NCBI GenBank assembly: GCA_034439575.1
Contig: JAWXAQ010000015.1
Coordinates: 1-64,000 of the forward strand
Length of the DNA: 64,000 bases
Reading direction: 5' to 3'
DNA from: Leptospira sp.
GTDB lineage: Bacteria; Spirochaetota; Leptospiria; Leptospirales; Leptospiraceae
Positions 40,698 through 49,347 of the stretch are shown here, in pieces. The notes under the pieces are model-generated. The model did not search any database and was not told the origin of the DNA. It worked only from the letters and a program-made list of their open reading frames with translations. The position numbers and the translations under genes are program-made. Position 1 is the first letter of the stretch; each line of letters begins with the position of its first letter.

Positions 40698-41579
40698 ATG
40701 TTAGAAGATGTTACAGCATGGAAAGACAAAGGTTCTATATTCAAATTTAAAAGTTTTGATATTTTCTATTTCCAAGAAGGCCAAGGTGAAAATTTACTTA
40801 TCATACATGGTTATCCATTTAATAGTTTTGAATGGAAATCGGTGATTGATGATCTTAAAAAAAGTTATAGATTAACAATTATTGATCTATTGGGCATGGG
40901 GTTTTCTGATAAACCCGAAAATCACAATTACACTTTTCAAGAACATTGTGAAATTATAAATGAATTACTAAGTTTTCTTAATATTAAAGAAACCCATATT
41001 TTTTCTCATGATTTAGGTGTTAGTATTGTCCAAGAATTATTAGCTCGAGATCTTGAAAATAAAAACAAGTTTACAATAAAATCATCAGCCTTTATGAATG
41101 GAGGATTATTTTCGGATGTTTATCGACCAAGACTCATTCAAAAACTTTTATCGCAATCCCCGACCTTCATTGGAAAATTTTTAAGTAGAATCATTAGTAA
41201 AGAGAACGTTTTTAAATCAGTGCGCCAAGTCTTCGGCCCAAACACGCAACCAAACAATGATTTCATGGAAAAACAATGGGAGATTCTAAACTTCAAAGAA
41301 GGCAAAAATATAGCCTATCTAATCGGAAGAATGGTTTTTGCGAAAAAACATTTCCAATCTAGGTGGATTTATGCCATGCAAAATACAAAAATTCCGATAT
41401 GTTATATATGTGGCCCAGCCGATCCAAATTCGGGAAACCATATGGCAGAAAGATACAAAGAACTGATTCCGAATCCCCTTATTTTTCTATTAGGTGAACA
41501 AATAGGTCATTGGCCCCAAGTAGAAGATCCCAAAGGGACTTTATCCGCATATGAAACTTTCATCAAAAGAATTTCTTAA
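40698..41579 (+). CDS. Alpha/beta hydrolase (epoxide hydrolase/MEST-like)
   Basis: HGYP, DLLGMGFSDKP, SHDLG (Asp nucleophile), GHWPQVE. Confidence 0.9.
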   Translation: MLEDVTAWKDKGSIFKFKSFDIFYFQEGQGENLLIIHGYPFNSFEWKSVIDDLKKSYRLTIIDLLGMGFSDKPENHNYTFQEHCEIINELLSFLNIKETHIFSHDLGVSIVQELLARDLENKNKFTIKSSAFMNGGLFSDVYRPRLIQKLLSQSPTFIGKFLSRIISKENVFKSVRQVFGPNTQPNNDFMEKQWEILNFKEGKNIAYLIGRMVFAKKHFQSRWIYAMQNTKIPICYICGPADPNSGNHMAERYKELIPNPLIFLLGEQIGHWPQVEDPKGTLSAYETFIKRIS

Positions 41580-41582
41580 TAA

Positions 41583-42629
41583 TTATAAATGTTTTTCCAT
41601 AATTTCAGAGACCTTTTTATGTCCGTCTTCATTTAAGTGCAAGGTATCATTTTCAGATAATCTAAACTTATATAATTCGTAATTTTTCAATTCGTCCAGA
41701 AGATCAAATACTTCTATATCTTGCTCGTTTAACGTAGACTTTACTTTATCATGGATCTCTTGAAAAAAATACTCTCCCCTATTTTCAAGGAAAGGCATAA
41801 TAAATACTTTAATTTTAAAATTATGTTTTTTTGATAAATCTTTTAATTCGAGAAAACTATCTTTAGTCTCATCAAAATATTCATCCATATGCATTGCATG
41901 AAAGTATGATTTGATTTTGTTTTTCTGAGCATATTTGATTTTATCCATTTCAATTTTTGTTTCCACCCAATCTTGGATTTTTTTGGTGAATAAGTATGTT
42001 TCGGTTAATTTCCAAATGTTGCTATATTTTCTAAGTTGTCCTATAAGAGTGATGTCCTCTACTTTCTTTTTGAATAACAACTGTTCTTTGCCAATTGCTG
42101 CGAATTCCCCTCCATCATAGCTAGCATCATTTAACACATAAAAAACCCAAACTTCATCTGGTTTAAATTCTAATCCATACGTTTTTAAATATTCAACTTC
42201 TTGCGAGGTGCTATACCCGCTAATTGACATATTAATAATTTCGAATTTAACGTTTCCTTTTGATGGAGCTTTGTTTTCTAAGATGGTCAAAAAGTTTTTT
42301 TCAACATTCAATGCTACGCCATAAGAAACAGAATCACCTAAGGCAATAATCCTTCTTGTTCCTGCCGATTTAATTTTAGAATAAATTTTATTTTCACGGA
42401 AACCTTGGGCACTTGTCTCGTTTGGAAAACTAGGTTTGAAAGTATAAACTAACTTAGGATTGTCGGACTTTAAAACAATGCCGTTTTCATTTATGTTCAT
42501 TACGTTATCGGTTGTTGCATTGCCAAAACCAAAAATTTTAAATATTACTTCTGATATGGCTAATGTAAAAAGAATCGAAAATAAGACCAAAGACACATTA
42601 ACCAAAATATTTTTGAATTTCATGTGCAT
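41583..42629 (-). CDS. SGNH/GDSL hydrolase-like membrane-anchored protein
   Basis: LGDSVSYG, SGYS, LND, DTLHLNEDGH. Confidence 0.88.
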   Translation of the reverse strand: MHMKFKNILVNVSLVLFSILFTLAISEVIFKIFGFGNATTDNVMNINENGIVLKSDNPKLVYTFKPSFPNETSAQGFRENKIYSKIKSAGTRRIIALGDSVSYGVALNVEKNFLTILENKAPSKGNVKFEIINMSISGYSTSQEVEYLKTYGLEFKPDEVWVFYVLNDASYDGGEFAAIGKEQLLFKKKVEDITLIGQLRKYSNIWKLTETYLFTKKIQDWVETKIEMDKIKYAQKNKIKSYFHAMHMDEYFDETKDSFLELKDLSKKHNFKIKVFIMPFLENRGEYFFQEIHDKVKSTLNEQDIEVFDLLDELKNYELYKFRLSENDTLHLNEDGHKKVSEIMEKHL

Positions 42630-42706
42630 GATTTTAAAAGGTGTAAAAAAAAATAAAGAATTTCCTTTGAATGTATAAACTATTTAATGTTGATTCAGAG
42701 AAAAAA

Positions 42707-43030
42707 ATGAAATTCAATAGCATATACTTTATTATCATTCTATTTACTTTTTCATTTCAAAATTGTGCACTGACAGGATTATTCACGCCAGCAGGTTCTG
42801 CCTTTATAAAAATTGATTCGGACGCAGTGACCATCGGACCGGCTACCACTTTTGCAAAATTCGGCGAAGCCTGTAGTTACAATATAATGGGGATAGTTTC
42901 TTTTGGAGATACTTCAATTCGAAAAGCTATGGAAAATGGTGGTCTGAAAAAAGTGGGGATCATCGATCGATCTATACTGAGTCTATTTTTTTTATATGGA
43001 AAAGTATGTGTTGAAGTATACGGCGAATAA
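42707..43030 (+). CDS. TRL-like family lipoprotein
   Basis: FQNC lipobox; GEACSYNIMGIVSFGDTSI..A...GGL, CVEVYG. Confidence 0.8.
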   Translation: MKFNSIYFIIILFTFSFQNCALTGLFTPAGSAFIKIDSDAVTIGPATTFAKFGEACSYNIMGIVSFGDTSIRKAMENGGLKKVGIIDRSILSLFFLYGKVCVEVYGE

Positions 43031-43357
43031 ATGTATCGCTTTATGCCTTTCACAATTTATTTTATTTCTCTTTTATTATGTTTTTCATGTGTTAGCACAG
43101 CCTCGTTTACAATCATCGGGTCTGCAAGAGCACATGCAACTTTGGAACCGATTGTTTCAGGGAAAAGTCTACCACCTTACTATAAACATGCGGAGTCCTG
43201 CAATTATAATCTATTTGGAATTTTTGCATTTGGAAATGCTTCCATTTTTGAAGTTATCACAAAAGGAAACATAACACAAATCGGTCAAGTGGACAGATTA
43301 TATTTAAAATATTCTGATCTTATTGGAGTTGTTTGTACAAAAATTTCAGGCAATTAA
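43031..43357 (+). CDS. TRL-like family lipoprotein (paralog)
   Basis: AESCNYNLFGIFAFGNASI...GNIT, CTKISG. Confidence 0.75.
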   Translation: MYRFMPFTIYFISLLLCFSCVSTASFTIIGSARAHATLEPIVSGKSLPPYYKHAESCNYNLFGIFAFGNASIFEVITKGNITQIGQVDRLYLKYSDLIGVVCTKISGN

Positions 43358-43444
43358 AGCCATTTCAATTCATAGAATTTCGGTCATTCTTCTTCCTTAA
43401 TCTCAATTTTTCAGATAATATACTTTACAGGATTAATACCTTCA

Positions 43445-43472
43445 TTCAATATACCCCTATGGGTATATTGAA
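43445..43472. promoter_or_regulatory. CsoR/CstR/RcnR-type operator
   Basis: TTCAATATACCC-CTAT-GGGTATATTGAA: perfect 12-bp arms with a C/G-tract core. Confidence 0.75.
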
Positions 43473-43496
43473 CATTCAATTCCGAAGGAGGCTTGT

Positions 43497-44207
43497 ATGT
43501 TAACATTAGATCAAAAAGTGGAAATTAGACCACTATATGATTTGGAATCCGGAACTTGGACTTATTTGGTCATAGAGAGAGAGACAAAGCAGGCAATACT
43601 TATAGACCCAGTCATAGAAAATTTAGAAAGAGATATTAATTTGATAAATGAATTAAATTTAACTCTTGTTTATACAATGGAGACTCATATGCATGCAGAT
43701 CATGTCACATCCGCCGGTAAAATGAGAACCAGATTGAAATCGGAGTCTTTGGTTCCAGAATCAGCAGGCATACAATGTGCTTCAAACATTTTAACTAATG
43801 ATAGTATACTTACATTAGGTGACATTCATATAAAAGTAATACAAACACCAGGACATACACCTTGTTCAACATCATACCTTCTAAATAACTCTCACATTTT
43901 CACAGGAGATACTTTACTGATTCGAGGATGTGGTCGCACTGATTTTCAGGGAGGAAGTGCCGATGAACTTTATGATTCTGTTACAAATAAAATATTTACC
44001 CTAGATGATCATATCAGCGTATTGCCAGGTCATGATTATAAGGGTATGGTAACTTCTACCATTGGCGAAGAAAAAAAATTCAATCCACGCATTGCCAATA
44101 AAACCAAATCAGAATTCATCAATATTATGAATTCCTTAAATTTACCAAAACCAAAGAAGATTGACTTTGCAGTAATAGCGAATCAATCATGTGGGGAAAC
44201 TTTATGA
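43497..44207 (+). CDS. Persulfide dioxygenase (ETHE1/PDO-like, MBL fold)
   Basis: TWTYL, IDPV, ETHMHADH, TPGHT, FTGDTLLIRGCGRTDF, PGHDY, ANQSCG; SD AAGGAGG. Confidence 0.9.
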   Translation: MLTLDQKVEIRPLYDLESGTWTYLVIERETKQAILIDPVIENLERDINLINELNLTLVYTMETHMHADHVTSAGKMRTRLKSESLVPESAGIQCASNILTNDSILTLGDIHIKVIQTPGHTPCSTSYLLNNSHIFTGDTLLIRGCGRTDFQGGSADELYDSVTNKIFTLDDHISVLPGHDYKGMVTSTIGEEKKFNPRIANKTKSEFINIMNSLNLPKPKKIDFAVIANQSCGETL

Positions 44208-44569
44208 ACCTAATGATATTATTTTTAATTTTAGGGATGGGAGCTGGTGTGTTGGGAGGGCTTGTAGGAATCGGTGGTGGTATACTCCTTGTTCCTGCTC
44301 TCGTTTATTTATTTGATTTTTCGCAAAAAATGGCCCAAGGAACTACACTTTTAGCAATGGTCCCACCTATTGGAATTGTAGCAGCCTATATTTATTATTC
44401 GAGAGGTGAGACCAATATAATGGCCGCTATGCTAATTAGCTTTGGTTTTATTTTAGGAAGTGCATTCGGTGCTTTTTTTGCAGCTAAAATTGAAACCGAA
44501 TTGTTAACTAGACTTTTTGGAATTTTTACTGTGATCGTTGGTATTAAAATGGTATTCTACCCAAAATAG
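44204..44569 (+). CDS. TauE/SafE-family exporter, half-size (121 aa)
   Basis: AGVLGGLVGIGGGILLVP, QKMAQGTTL; ATGA overlap with PDO. Confidence 0.88.
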   Translation: MNLMILFLILGMGAGVLGGLVGIGGGILLVPALVYLFDFSQKMAQGTTLLAMVPPIGIVAAYIYYSRGETNIMAAMLISFGFILGSAFGAFFAAKIETELLTRLFGIFTVIVGIKMVFYPK

Positions 44570-44586
44570 ATAATATCTATTTTATT

Positions 44587-44754
44587 TTAAAATGATATTC
44601 GCCTAATATATATTAGTATTATTAAAACAAAACAGAAAGAAAATAAATGTGGTTTAACTTTGTTTTGGTGAATCTTTAAAATGTAAGGAATAAATGCATA
44701 AAAAGTTATGAAGATGGCAAGATAGCTGAGATAAAGTTTAAAGTGGGTGGGCAT
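44587..44754 (-). pseudogene. Short ORF, probable truncated membrane-protein gene
   Basis: MPTHFKLYLSYLAIFITFYAFIPYILKIHQNKVKPHLFSF... 55 aa; resembles the N-terminus of a longer hypothetical membrane family, then degenerates. Confidence 0.4.
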
Positions 44755-44973
44755 GGGATACTATTATGAAAAGCATTTATTAATAATCGCTATTAGAAAT
44801 GAATGTCTTATAAAAATAAGCAATTGTTTTGTCAAAAAAAAAGATAAATTCGCAAACCAAGAATGGATTTAGATCAAATTATTATTTTAGCAAAACCTAA
44901 AATTGTCTGAACCTTGTGATAAATTTTGTGATAGATAATTGAAAATAACATTCACACATTCTAATTCATCAAA

Positions 44974-45342
44974 TCATTTCAAAACTTTGATCACTTTTTT
45001 AGGTTTCTTTTTTGCGGCGGCTCTTTTCGAGGCTTGAGTCGCCATAGCAAACCAAACTTTTAAATCCGATGCCTCTTTCCAAGCAGCCTTCGGGATAGTA
45101 AAATAATTCATTTCCACAGGTGCGCCAGGTTTTCCTAAATAAACGAAAGGTTTTTGCTTTTTACTTTTAAATTCATCTATCGTTTGTTTGTCGACCTTAA
45201 AATACAAAGTATCAAAAGCAAATAACGAAAACATTAGACCTTCAAAATAAATTCCATACCCACCAAACATTGGTTTAGCCACTACATCCCCAAAAATTGA
45301 TAACTTTTCCAAATAGGAATTTAACTTAACATTCTTAGTCAT
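44974..45342 (-). CDS. TfoX/Sxy N-terminal domain protein
   Basis: KPMFGGYGIY, LYFKVD, PFVY; GGAG SD before ATG 45342. Confidence 0.88.
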   Translation of the reverse strand: MTKNVKLNSYLEKLSIFGDVVAKPMFGGYGIYFEGLMFSLFAFDTLYFKVDKQTIDEFKSKKQKPFVYLGKPGAPVEMNYFTIPKAAWKEASDLKVWFAMATQASKRAAAKKKPKKVIKVLK

Positions 45343-45448
45343 AAACTCTCCAAAATTAGTTTTCAAAATTAACTTCCGATTGACAATTCAATTAGAATAT
45401 GGCTTTATCTGCAAATCAGCATCAAATGTTTTTTTATAGGAGTCTCAA

Positions 45449-45829
45449 ATGGCAAAACTTATTGGAAGTTTATTTGGAATTATAGTTGTCTTAGCTCTCG
45501 TTCTTGTTGGATACACCTGGGTTGTCCTTAACTGGAGTTATTCTGTGGGTGACCGCGCAGGTTTTGTTCAAAAGCTATCAAAAAAAGGCTGGTTATGTAA
45601 AACTTGGGAAGGTGAAATCGCACTCGTCACTATGCCAGGCACTGTTGCGGAAAAATTTTATTTTACCGTGCGAGAAGATGCCATCGCAGATAAAATCAAC
45701 AAAGCCATCGGCCAACGCATTGTCCTCGAATACGAAGAACACATTGGTTTGCCCACAAGTTGTTTTGGTGAAACAGGATACTTTATCACGGGCGTAAAAA
45801 GCATCGACCCCTCTACTCCCGTCCAATAA
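45449..45829 (+). CDS. Conserved single-TM hypothetical protein
   Basis: YSVGDRAG..QKLSKKGWLCKTWEG, GETGYFI; SD AGGAG. Confidence 0.8.
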   Translation: MAKLIGSLFGIIVVLALVLVGYTWVVLNWSYSVGDRAGFVQKLSKKGWLCKTWEGEIALVTMPGTVAEKFYFTVREDAIADKINKAIGQRIVLEYEEHIGLPTSCFGETGYFITGVKSIDPSTPVQ

Positions 45830-45846
45830 TTAGAATCATTTTTAAA

Positions 45847-45871
45847 ACGCCCTGGAGAAATCTTTGGGCGT
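45847..45871 (+). terminator. GC-rich hairpin after the 45449-45829 gene
   Basis: ACGCCC...GGGCGT stem; no clear U tract on the + strand. Confidence 0.45.
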
Positions 45872-45907
45872 CTCGACTTCCTTTCATAATAAAAATTAAT
45901 TTCAAAA

Positions 45908-45962
45908 CCGACCGCGCTTTACGCTCCAATCCTGCAGGGATTTCCGCTGCAATCGCTGACGC
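45908..45962 (+). repeat. Divergent copy 3 of the structured repeat (Flavo-1-like)
   Basis: CGCTCCAATC-short hairpin-GGATTTCCGCT core shared with copies 1 and 2. Confidence 0.7.
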
Positions 45963-46258
45963 AAAAAAAAATGTAAGCTAACAAGAGTCATGTGATTTTT
46001 CTATATTTATACATTCAAACAACTCAAATTTTATTTTACAAAAACAATCCTCGTTCTTATCCTAATCGTCTCAATCATTTTCATGGCAACTATTTGTGAG
46101 ATTCACATAATCATCAATATCTATAAATTTTTATAATCAGATATTTCATTTTACTATAGGAAAATGATTGCATATTTTCAAATCGGGCTAAGATCAAAGT
46201 CCGATACAAAATAATTGCGAAAAAGTGTATTTCATAACTCGCAAAAAGAAGAGCAACA

Positions 46259-46981
46259 TTGGTAAAATTAACAGCAGAAATATTCATTCGTGAAGTAAGT
46301 TTTAAATCATTAGACCTTTCTGCGACCCCATCTCAAGATGGAACATTTCAATTGGAAATCAATGCGAAAGATTTGAAGGAATCAAATGCCGCAAATTTGG
46401 CTCCTGAAGTTTTGTCTATTGAATCCATCATCAAAGAAAATCTTCACAATATCCGTAAAAGTAATGTCACTGATCTACCGTTAGCTGAGATTATCGAGTC
46501 CGGTGATATCTCGATCAGATTGAAAGATGAATCGGGCAAACTTTACAAAATGGTTCAAGTTCTGGATATCAATTATGGACTCTTTCCAGAATATGTGGAT
46601 TTTTTTGAGTGTGATGCAGACATTTACGAATTTGAATTCTATCTTCTTTGCACCATTGTTCCACTCCAGGAAAAAGCATCTTTACTCATCACCTTTCAAA
46701 TCATTTCAGATCCTTTGGTAATCACAGCGGTTACGAATTATAGAAACAATCGAGACTTACGATTAATGGATATAGGTTCAGGGATATGTGTGAATGTATC
46801 AAGTCTTCCGCCTGATACTGAATCAGAAGAAGATAATTTTGAAATCGGCCAATTAATCCTATTGGAAAGGCTGATTTCAAAGATTCAAAGAAATCGTATT
46901 TCCAAAAAGCATAGAAAAAGATATTATATTTTGGGTGAAAAAATATTTAAAGAACTTCAAAAAAATGCGAGCAAACCATAG
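46259..46981 (+). CDS. Hypothetical protein
   Basis: 240-aa ORF (TTG start), no motif recognised. Confidence 0.6.
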   Translation: MVKLTAEIFIREVSFKSLDLSATPSQDGTFQLEINAKDLKESNAANLAPEVLSIESIIKENLHNIRKSNVTDLPLAEIIESGDISIRLKDESGKLYKMVQVLDINYGLFPEYVDFFECDADIYEFEFYLLCTIVPLQEKASLLITFQIISDPLVITAVTNYRNNRDLRLMDIGSGICVNVSSLPPDTESEEDNFEIGQLILLERLISKIQRNRISKKHRKRYYILGEKIFKELQKNASKP

Positions 46982-46991
46982 ATAGGTGGAA

Positions 46992-47729
46992 TTACATTTT
47001 AGAATCTGAATTTTTAATAAATTCTTGGCGCAAAGTTTTTAGCTCTATAAGTAGGCGTTCTAAATCTCCCATACCTTTAGCTCTATAAATTCCACGTAAG
47101 TACATATTGGGATCCAATAAGAAAACATTTTCTGTATGTACAAAATCATTTAAATTGGCGGCACCTTTCAGTTCTGTGACATCGGCACCAAATTGTTCTC
47201 TAGCAATTGTATATGTAGACAATTTATCACCAGTTAAATGAGTCCATTTGTTTTCATTAATCTTGTAATTCTTTCTAAAATTCATTAATTCTTTTACAGT
47301 ATCAACTTCTGGATTCACAGAAATCGAAATTAATTGGACATCATTATCCTTTTGCCAATTGGGCAAAAACTTTTTCATGTTAGCAGTAATCATTGGACAA
47401 ATGCCATTGCATTTTGCATAAAAAAAAGTAACCAAAGTATATTTACCTTTCAATTCGCTCGGAGAAAAGGATGTACTGTTATGCGTTGTGAATGAAAATT
47501 CTGGCATTCTTTTTAAATCAGAAGGAAGTTCTTTATCTGTCACTTTCTTCCAGTAAGGATCCATATTTTCGCCTTTAAAAAATGGAAGTATGCCAGCAGT
47601 GGGACTAGATGTGAAAGTCAGTTCTTTCGGAAAGTTTGGTTCTTTTTCAGAACATTGAGAAAGGAAAATAAAAAATAAAATGAAAGTTATCCAGAGTAAT
47701 TGGATTTTATTATTTAAGAATGGGCTCAT
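46992..47729 (-). CDS. SCO1/SenC family copper chaperone (lipoprotein-like)
   Basis: FFYAKCNGICP (CxxxC), ISVNPEVDT, FVHTE. Confidence 0.93.
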   Translation of the reverse strand: MSPFLNNKIQLLWITFILFFIFLSQCSEKEPNFPKELTFTSSPTAGILPFFKGENMDPYWKKVTDKELPSDLKRMPEFSFTTHNSTSFSPSELKGKYTLVTFFYAKCNGICPMITANMKKFLPNWQKDNDVQLISISVNPEVDTVKELMNFRKNYKINENKWTHLTGDKLSTYTIAREQFGADVTELKGAANLNDFVHTENVFLLDPNMYLRGIYRAKGMGDLERLLIELKTLRQEFIKNSDSKM

Positions 47730-48297
47730 CTACACTCTTGATCGGTTTGCAATTTTTACTGCCAGGGAGTCCGACAGAACTACCATCTTCTGCAAAAACT
47801 TGGTTCATATAAATTTTACCATAACGATTCCATTTTTTTTCAACAAGTATCCTTCCTTCTTGATCAAATTTAGAATACACTGCAGGTTTACCATTCTCAA
47901 ACCACTCCCACCTATCACCTACATACTTCCCATCTTTAAATTCCGAATACACCCGGTCATTGCCATTTAAAAACCAAGAACGATGGATCCCAACTTTTAA
48001 ACCATCTTGATAGTATCGTTTTTCAAGAATTTGACCTTGCAAATTTTTCATGATAGATTCGCCATTTTCTAAACCATACTTATACTCTGTAATCTGTCTG
48101 ATTTCCATAGCGGGAATTTCTTCAATGTATCTGCCGGTAAACAATTTACCGTTATAGATCAGCCTTCCAGCTAACATCTGTATGCCAGCGTCTGTGGACT
48201 TGATTTCTTGCTTATGACAGGCCACAATGAATGTGGCCGTCAGAAGAAAATAAATTATCTTAATTTGATTAATTGGATACGGAACCTTTGTTTCCAT
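47710..48297 (-). CDS. MORN-variant repeat (YwqK-like) lipoprotein
   Basis: FIVAC lipobox; YKYGLENG, YQDGLKVG, WFLNG, WFENG repeats. Confidence 0.8.
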   Translation of the reverse strand: METKVPYPINQIKIIYFLLTATFIVACHKQEIKSTDAGIQMLAGRLIYNGKLFTGRYIEEIPAMEIRQITEYKYGLENGESIMKNLQGQILEKRYYQDGLKVGIHRSWFLNGNDRVYSEFKDGKYVGDRWEWFENGKPAVYSKFDQEGRILVEKKWNRYGKIYMNQVFAEDGSSVGLPGSKNCKPIKSVDEPILK

Positions 48298-49228
48298 AGA
48301 AAAAAGAACCCATCAAAGTATAGATAGTAGCTGTAGGGTCGCTAGTATAATGATAGTGATAGGTAGCTGTGCTAAAATGTTGAGTGACTGCTGTGTGACC
48401 ATGTAATGCATCTAGCGTAGGAGTAAAGTCGTCCGATGTAGTTGCAGTTCCATTATCACATTTTTGGCCATAAATCGCATAACCATCTAAAATGATCCCT
48501 ATGAGCGCAGAGTTACTACATGCGCCAGTATTACTTGTACTAGCTGCACTGTCGCATACTTTAGGCACTGCAGCATGGTGATGATAAACCCCTGTGTTTT
48601 GAGGGTGACCTTGGTAATTATCAAATGTACTAGCTTCAGCAGCAAGGGTATCCGGAGGAGCCGCCGCATTGTTAAAAATGGCTAAACCATTAACTGTGAT
48701 ACCGATAGACGCCAAACCAGCTTGCGTCCCATCTGTACCGCTGCCTTTCGTAGGTGAAGATGGAATTGTATAAACAAGTTTTTGACTTATCACCACATTT
48801 GATCCGGCTTTGGTATTACCTGATGGAAGGGCTTCATACAATGAGAATGAAGTGTTAGGTGTTTGTCCTGAATACGAAGTATAATAATAACTCTTTGTAT
48901 TAGGCACGTTTTGAGATTTAAAAACGTAACTACTTCCAGAAACATAGGCAGTAGCACATTTAAAATTGTCTTTAATCCAAGTTGGTAAAGCAGAATCCAT
49001 ACAAGTTGTAACGCCTGTTACGCAACCGGACGCAGTATTCAATGTCGCAGTTGAATTGGATACAGTGGTTCCTGTAGTTGTCGATGAGCTACAAGATGAA
49101 GAAGATGCTGAAGATGATGAGAGCAAAAGCAATGTAGCCAAAAGCTCGCTATTGTCATCTTTTTCATCCTTACATGAACTTAAAACCAAAGTGGCAGTAA
49201 GTAATATGGCGATTGATTTTTTTATCAT
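48269..49228 (-). CDS. YHYH domain lipoprotein
   Basis: VLSSC lipobox, Ser/Thr linker, IGITVNGLAIF, GHP...YHHH, DGYAIYG, LDALHGH, YHYH. Confidence 0.9.
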   Translation of the reverse strand: MIKKSIAILLTATLVLSSCKDEKDDNSELLATLLLLSSSSASSSSCSSSTTTGTTVSNSTATLNTASGCVTGVTTCMDSALPTWIKDNFKCATAYVSGSSYVFKSQNVPNTKSYYYTSYSGQTPNTSFSLYEALPSGNTKAGSNVVISQKLVYTIPSSPTKGSGTDGTQAGLASIGITVNGLAIFNNAAAPPDTLAAEASTFDNYQGHPQNTGVYHHHAAVPKVCDSAASTSNTGACSNSALIGIILDGYAIYGQKCDNGTATTSDDFTPTLDALHGHTAVTQHFSTATYHYHYTSDPTATIYTLMGSFFYGNKGSVSN

Positions 49229-49347
49229 ATAATTGTCCTAAATTTTCATTCCCTTAAACTAAGATTTTGTATTCGATTTTTGAAACTCTTCAAGCTAAAT
49301 ATTAACCCACAATGAAAAGACTGTCGTCCGAACCAATCGGGCGGGAC

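Noticed and set aside
11880-45962. Repeat copies as a CRISPR array or IS ends
   Set aside because: Dispersed by more than 10 kb, with no spacers, cas genes, transposase or evident target duplications
47710-48297. Toxin-antitoxin system (YwqK-type label)
   Set aside because: No toxin adjacent; only generic MORN-variant repeats in a lipoprotein
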